This document shows positions 5,904 to 10,765 of a stretch of 10,765 nt of DNA, piece by piece; position 1 is the stretch's first letter, and each line of letters begins with the position of its first letter. The notes under the pieces were generated by a model, which was given only the letters and a program-made list of their open reading frames with translations, had not been told where the DNA came from and did no database searches. This stretch comes from Candidatus Hadarchaeota archaeon. GTDB taxonomy: Archaea; CAYQAE01; CAYVLA01. The stretch spans positions 6,983-17,747 of the forward strand of contig CAZUNO010000039.1 in assembly GCA_964621445.1 (NCBI GenBank), in the 5' to 3' direction. The position numbers and the translations under genes were made by a program.

Positions 5904-7148
5904 ATGCCTCGCGAATTCTTTAGAATCCTCCTCCTGGCGTTCCTGGTCCTAATCCTGGCCACGGCTCGGGGCCAGAGGATCAAGGCACTGGTAACCGGAA
6001 AGGTGGATGCGGAGACCAACCCCCTTATCAAGTGGTTCGAACAGGAGCCATCTGTGGATGCGACCGCGGTCATAACCAGGCCAAGCGGTCTGATAAAGAC
6101 CAGGGACATCCAGAGATTCGTGAGGCTCTACTTTCCAAGAAACTATCAGCAGCTCAAAGAATACGAGTTCATACTTCTCCATTCCCCCGAGATGTACCAC
6201 CTCACCAGGGAGCAGGATCGCTGGATGCACGACGCCATCCTGGAGGGTTCTGGTGGCCTGGCCGCTCCCGCCGGGCTAAGCGACCACGTAGATATCCAGA
6301 ATGCCTGGATCAACTCCATGGTCCAAAAAGCCCTGCCCAACGACTTTGAATCCGTGATTGCCAGTGGAGGCCGCAGGGGTCAGACCCCCTTCCACATAGA
6401 GGTTAACCGTGATTTCCCGGAGCCGGTCCTGACCCCATTCGTACCCCTGGGGATCGAGAGCTTCCCTGGAGCCGGCGGCAACATGATAATCGGTAGGGAG
6501 GGTAGCGCCATCCTTGCATGGCAGATCGGCGACTCTCTGGGAAGGGTTCCCTATATGATTGCCTGGGATTACGGCCAGGGAAGGGGCATGACCCTGGCCG
6601 ATTCCCTCCACCTTACCTTCTGGAGCGATTACATCTCCCTGAGCAACCCGGCATATGATGCCTCCCAGAATCCCTACGGTCTGGATATACTGATGAACAT
6701 GGTTCTGTACCTGACCCGAAGGGACCTTCCAACCGAGGTCCTCGTCCTTCACAAGATCAGGAACTCCTTCGTGAAGTACAGGACCCAGATGTCCCTCCTT
6801 GTCTCGCTGGCCGATTTCGCTCAGAAATTCGGGGCCGATAGCAGTCAGATGTGGGATTTGGTGTCCCCCATTAGCGATAAGGCCGAACGGGCCGAGGAGA
6901 TGTATATGGAACAGGATTTTCAGGGCTGTCAGCAGCTCATGGACTCGATTTTCGATGATCTATCCCAGGCCGAGTTGCGGGTTATCAGCATGAAGGAGAG
7001 GGCCCTAATGTGGGTCTATGTGGCGGAGGGGCTAACAATCACCGCCGTATTCATGGTCTCCAGCTTCGTTCTATGGACGGTGATGGTCAGGAGAAGGTTG
7101 TACCGGACGGTTGGGGCCAGCCAGCTCGAGCGAAGGGAAGGCAAGTAG
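5904..7148 (+). CDS. Membrane-anchored extracellular protein, possibly class I glutamine amidotransferase-like fold (414 aa)
   Basis: N-terminal signal peptide (RILLLAFLVLILATARG); alpha/beta core (YEFILL, ILEGSGGL, AWDYGQGRGMT); helical stalk; C-terminal TM helix followed by RRRLYR; GC-rich third positions. Fold call is by resemblance. Confidence 0.8.
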   Translation: MPREFFRILLLAFLVLILATARGQRIKALVTGKVDAETNPLIKWFEQEPSVDATAVITRPSGLIKTRDIQRFVRLYFPRNYQQLKEYEFILLHSPEMYHLTREQDRWMHDAILEGSGGLAAPAGLSDHVDIQNAWINSMVQKALPNDFESVIASGGRRGQTPFHIEVNRDFPEPVLTPFVPLGIESFPGAGGNMIIGREGSAILAWQIGDSLGRVPYMIAWDYGQGRGMTLADSLHLTFWSDYISLSNPAYDASQNPYGLDILMNMVLYLTRRDLPTEVLVLHKIRNSFVKYRTQMSLLVSLADFAQKFGADSSQMWDLVSPISDKAERAEEMYMEQDFQGCQQLMDSIFDDLSQAELRVISMKERALMWVYVAEGLTITAVFMVSSFVLWTVMVRRRLYRTVGASQLERREGK

Positions 7149-7219
7149 AGATGGTCCTGAATATCCCAATTAAGGTTCTGACTGGTCCTAGCCGGTTGAC
7201 CGACAGCTTGAAGCGGGTA

Positions 7220-9019
7220 TTACTCGTTATACACCCGGATCTCGTATATTCTGGCCAACTGGTCCCCGTTTGTAGCCTCCACCGTGACCCTGATCGAGCT
7301 GGTTTTGACCCGGTCGAACCGCACGATGTTCTGTCTCTGGAAGTTTTTCTTCCTACTGGCCAGGTCCCTCCACTCGCCATCCCCGTCCAGATATGTTACT
7401 GTATAATCCCTCACGCAGGTGGGCATCCCCCCCAGCTTGAATTCCTTGAAGAATTTCATCTCCCGAATCATGGTGTCGAAGGTGAGATGCACGGTATTGA
7501 AGCTGATGGGCTGGTCCCAGTCCAGCTGGATATATGCTGGCCGGTACATGGATATCGGTTTCGACATCCACATGTTCTCGTCGCCCTCCCTGCCCCGGGA
7601 GAGACCATCAATCACCTTATCCGCGGAATGGAGGTAGCCGGAAGCTGGGTCCCGGTATTCGGAAGAGGCCGTGACCCGGGCCTTTGGGGCCAGGTCCTCT
7701 GGATCCTGGTTCCGGACCCCTGGAATGTGACAATCGTGCTTGAGCAATAGTTGCTGAAGCTCCTCGATGTGGTCCCTTCCCACCTCCCTGGGGTTCTTTC
7801 CGTACTTGTTGCATAGGTAGGCCGCCGTTCCCACCGCCTGCCCTCCCACGCCACAGGTTCTAATCAAACGGATCGAGCCGTGCGCAACGTGGGTGGCGCT
7901 GATGATCCTGCCGGCCATGAACATGTTTTCGATGTTCTTCGAGTAATAGGATCTATAGGGGATAGGGTAGGGCTTGTCCAGATGGGTGTAGTCCAGGAAC
8001 TTCCGCTTGGCGTAGAAACCGTCCGGGTTGTGGACGTCAATCGGCCAGCCGCCGTAGGCCACGGCATCCCCATATTCCGTCGGGTCCGTCACATCACCTT
8101 GGCTCAGGACGTAGTCTCCCACCACCCTGCGGCTCTCCCTCTTCCCGGGGACGGAGCCAACCCAGGAGAGGGCAAAGTTCTCCGCCCCATAGTCGCCGTG
8201 GTTCTTGATGTGATCCCATACCCCGTACAGGATCTTGAGGAGTTCATCCCGGATCTCCATGTTCTCCGCGATGGTGTTCATCCTGGCTCCCAGCTCGATC
8301 CAGAGCTGGTGGTTGTAGAGGGACTTCACACGCTTGGGAAGGTCCTCCTTGTTTGGATAGCTATATGCCCAATCGGGGGGCGTGAAAGGGGTCGGCCTCC
8401 CCAAGTCCTTTACCCGGAACATAAGGGTGGAGCCCATGGTTACGTCCGATGGTTCCTCAGGGGCCAGGCTCTCCCCAAACTCCTCCCTGGCCTCCGTGCC
8501 TCTCATGATTTGGGCACCTGAGAGGGCGGCGATCGATCCGTCTCCCGTTGAATCCACGAACAGGTTGGAGAGAAAACGGAATCTCTTCTCCGTGGAGAGC
8601 TGGGCTGCCAGGACCGAGCGGATTGAGTTGTCCGTTTCCATCTCCACCGAGTAGGCGTGGGCGTTCAGGTAGAGGTTCACACCGGTTTCCTTGACCAGAT
8701 TTTCCAGGGTGGCATCGGATATCGAGTTCCTCCACTTGACCTCATGGTTGTAGTAACGATTGAGGAGATCGATCTCCTCCACGATACCGGTTTCCCTGGC
8801 GTGCCTGAAATCCCGGCCCGCCCCTCCCATGAGAAGCCCGATCTCGGATGAGGCGTTCCCACCGAGAACCGGCCTGTCCTGTACCAGGGCCACCTCTAGA
8901 CCAAGACGGGAGGCGGCTATCGCGGCCGCACACCCGGCTATCCCGCCGCCGATTACCGCCAGGTCCACGCTCACATCTTCCAGGGGGAATGATTTGTAGC
9001 CGCTCATTGGAGTATCCAA
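7220..9019 (-). CDS. FAD-dependent oxidoreductase (FAD_oxidored-type) with C-terminal discoidin/F5-8-like domain, 599 aa
   Basis: DLAVIGGGIAG (GxGxxG), RPVLGGNASSE, FVDSTGDG, PGKRESRR and AGRIISATH motifs. The C-terminal ARVTASSE..VIDG..W.S..RIYEIRVY is typical of a discoidin-like beta-sandwich. Start TTG 9019 or ATG 9007, with GGAGG upstream. Confidence 0.9.
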   Translation of the reverse strand: MDTPMSGYKSFPLEDVSVDLAVIGGGIAGCAAAIAASRLGLEVALVQDRPVLGGNASSEIGLLMGGAGRDFRHARETGIVEEIDLLNRYYNHEVKWRNSISDATLENLVKETGVNLYLNAHAYSVEMETDNSIRSVLAAQLSTEKRFRFLSNLFVDSTGDGSIAALSGAQIMRGTEAREEFGESLAPEEPSDVTMGSTLMFRVKDLGRPTPFTPPDWAYSYPNKEDLPKRVKSLYNHQLWIELGARMNTIAENMEIRDELLKILYGVWDHIKNHGDYGAENFALSWVGSVPGKRESRRVVGDYVLSQGDVTDPTEYGDAVAYGGWPIDVHNPDGFYAKRKFLDYTHLDKPYPIPYRSYYSKNIENMFMAGRIISATHVAHGSIRLIRTCGVGGQAVGTAAYLCNKYGKNPREVGRDHIEELQQLLLKHDCHIPGVRNQDPEDLAPKARVTASSEYRDPASGYLHSADKVIDGLSRGREGDENMWMSKPISMYRPAYIQLDWDQPISFNTVHLTFDTMIREMKFFKEFKLGGMPTCVRDYTVTYLDGDGEWRDLASRKKNFQRQNIVRFDRVKTSSIRVTVEATNGDQLARIYEIRVYNE

Positions 9020-9128
9020 TCCTCCGAAATCCCTTGAAATATCCTTCCCGCCGCCAGGGAGGTGCTGAAGAAATCTGCTACTCCGCCTTTATGTACCCGG
9101 AAGGCAAGTCTAGAGAAATATCGATCGC

Positions 9129-10292
9129 TTATTCAGCTCTGGGCAGACCATCCTCTTCAGCTAGCCCCTGAACGTAAATGAGTAAACCCAGGGAAATTAC
9201 CGCCACGGTGACGAAGGATAATACCAGAACCAACTGGGATGTCGTTAGCTGGTAATACACGGCAATGGTATCCATCGCCCCGTGAGCTATGATGAGACCC
9301 ACAAGAGCTTTCACGCCCCACCCCTCGCCGTAGGCGTAGGCCATTACCGCCGTTGTACAGCCGTGGAATACGGTGACCAGGAACCTCTCGGCGAGGCTGA
9401 GGAGGGACCAGTGAACGGGCAGACTGGTTAGCGGCGCCCCCGCCTCCAGGATGCCCAGAACCGGGATAAGAACGGCCTCACCCAGACCAAACCCGAGCCC
9501 TATGAAGGCCGCGGTTTTCACTGCTTTGCCCCTGGCCGGGAGGTACCTGATTACCTCCTGGAAGATCCCCGCAACGAACCCTAGATATAGGATGGAGATG
9601 ACCGTGAAGATCAATCCCCCATCCAGGATCTCGGAGTTCGATTTTACTCCCAGGGCCAGGAAGGGAAGGTTCTGTATGGTTGGCTGCACCAGTATGGTAG
9701 CCACGGCCAGGAGAACCCCGATCAGTATCTCCACGGTCCTGATTTCCTGGAACCCAAACAGGTAATGAAATAGCAGAAACGCCAGGACGGCGCCCAGGGT
9801 GGAAAAGGCTATGGCGGGAAGGTAGGAGACTATATCGCTCACCAGGCTCCCCTCTCGCTTGACATTGGTGGTCCAGATGCCCGCGAGTTCGTAACCTACA
9901 TTCGTTTCACTGAACACCAGCCTGAGAGTGACCACGGCATCCTCGAAGGATACATCATAGTAGGCCCTTGTGTACTCCACCCCTCCTTCCTTTACCGAGT
10001 CCTCCTTGACGAATTGATAATCCTCGAGCCGTCCATGTTTGGAGATAAACCCATCTCTAAAACCATCGAACTCGCTTGAATCAAAAGCTTCCCTCATTTC
10101 GCTGCTCAGATACGGCTCAAACTCCGAATAATTACCGGACTCCAGGCCGGCGAAAAAGGAATCGGATATATTCAGGTAGGATCTCTCGGCGTGCACGGAG
10201 ATAACGGTCGAACAAACCAGAAGCGCTAACAGGCCAAAAACCATTGAGGTTTTTTTCAAGCTACCCCGGGACATTACAGCTACCAGATACAT
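9129..10292 (-). CDS. YhfC/PrsW-like intramembrane protease with N-terminal extracellular domain (DUF3887-like), 387 aa
   Basis: Signal peptide, then a ~115-aa soluble domain, then about 7 TM helices with FQEVIRY, GLGFGLGEA, ERFLVTVFHG and AHGAMD motifs. Start may be ATG 10274, which has TTTTTAAT about 30 nt upstream. Confidence 0.85.
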   Translation of the reverse strand: MYLVAVMSRGSLKKTSMVFGLLALLVCSTVISVHAERSYLNISDSFFAGLESGNYSEFEPYLSSEMREAFDSSEFDGFRDGFISKHGRLEDYQFVKEDSVKEGGVEYTRAYYDVSFEDAVVTLRLVFSETNVGYELAGIWTTNVKREGSLVSDIVSYLPAIAFSTLGAVLAFLLFHYLFGFQEIRTVEILIGVLLAVATILVQPTIQNLPFLALGVKSNSEILDGGLIFTVISILYLGFVAGIFQEVIRYLPARGKAVKTAAFIGLGFGLGEAVLIPVLGILEAGAPLTSLPVHWSLLSLAERFLVTVFHGCTTAVMAYAYGEGWGVKALVGLIIAHGAMDTIAVYYQLTTSQLVLVLSFVTVAVISLGLLIYVQGLAEEDGLPRAE

Positions 10293-10765
10293 CCCTCCTC
10301 GATTAAAAACCTTCTCTGAAATTTATCAGCATCCAAGATAACGCTTAGTTTCCATATCAGTCGAGATAAAAATGGGGATATTGATAAACTGATATCAAGC
10401 TCTGATCTAGTAGCTTTCGGCACTCGAGATATTCACAAATCAAAGTACTCTAGGGTTGCCGTGTGCCTATCGCCCGGCATTCATAACGTAGTAAAAAACC
10501 AGTTGGGTTGTTGTCCTCCGAGAGTGAATCGCTAAGCCGAGAGTTCGGCTCCTTCAATATATGGAATGGATATTCGGCATATCGGAAGAGTTGCTCTAGC
10601 CATGTCTGAAGGAGCTAAGGATACCATCGTCCTGATGTCTTGGTTTTGAAAAGTTTTTATCCTTTGCTAAAATAATATTCTTCAGGATCACTTCAACAGA
10701 TAACAGATTTTTTTATAAAATATTTAACTTTCAGACCGATAGAGTTTTTACACAATTATACAATC

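Noticed and set aside
7010-8999. Long antisense or alternate-frame ORFs such as 7010-7750 and 7880-8521
   Set aside because: Shadows of the GC-rich oxidoreductase gene, with no motifs of their own.
1-10765. CRISPR array, transposase, integrase, rRNA or tRNA
   Set aside because: No regularly spaced short repeats, recombinase motifs or structural RNA signatures recognised.

Overview
Probably archaeal (inferred from TATA-like boxes about 25-30 nt upstream of starts and from the gene families). The window has two halves. Left, 1-~5900, is an AT-richer accessory region. It holds a tightly overlapped + strand operon: a 161-aa acidic protein, a soluble HEXXH/M48-like zinc metallopeptidase, and a divergent trimeric dCTP deaminase (Dcd)-like protein whose conserved DPG aspartate is replaced by Trp. 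Two coupled 53-aa ORFs missing from the ORF track precede it and may be one frameshifted RelE-like gene. The whole cassette lies between two copies of a >=134-bp direct repeat (1-134 and 3220-3353), which is the promoter plus 5' end of a minus-strand signal-peptide gene. Next is a minus-strand pair, a winged-helix-like protein and a 2-TM protein; the latter appears to need a -1 frameshift to join its ribosome-binding-site-bearing N-terminus. Right, 5904-10292, is GC-richer and core-like: a membrane-anchored secreted protein, an FAD-dependent oxidoreductase with a C-terminal discoidin-like domain, and a YhfC/PrsW-like intramembrane protease with an extracellular N-terminal domain. The best candidate for an undescribed system is the repeat-flanked peptidase + Dcd-like cassette; a defence role is inference only. 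I recognised no integrase, transposase, tRNA, rRNA or CRISPR array.
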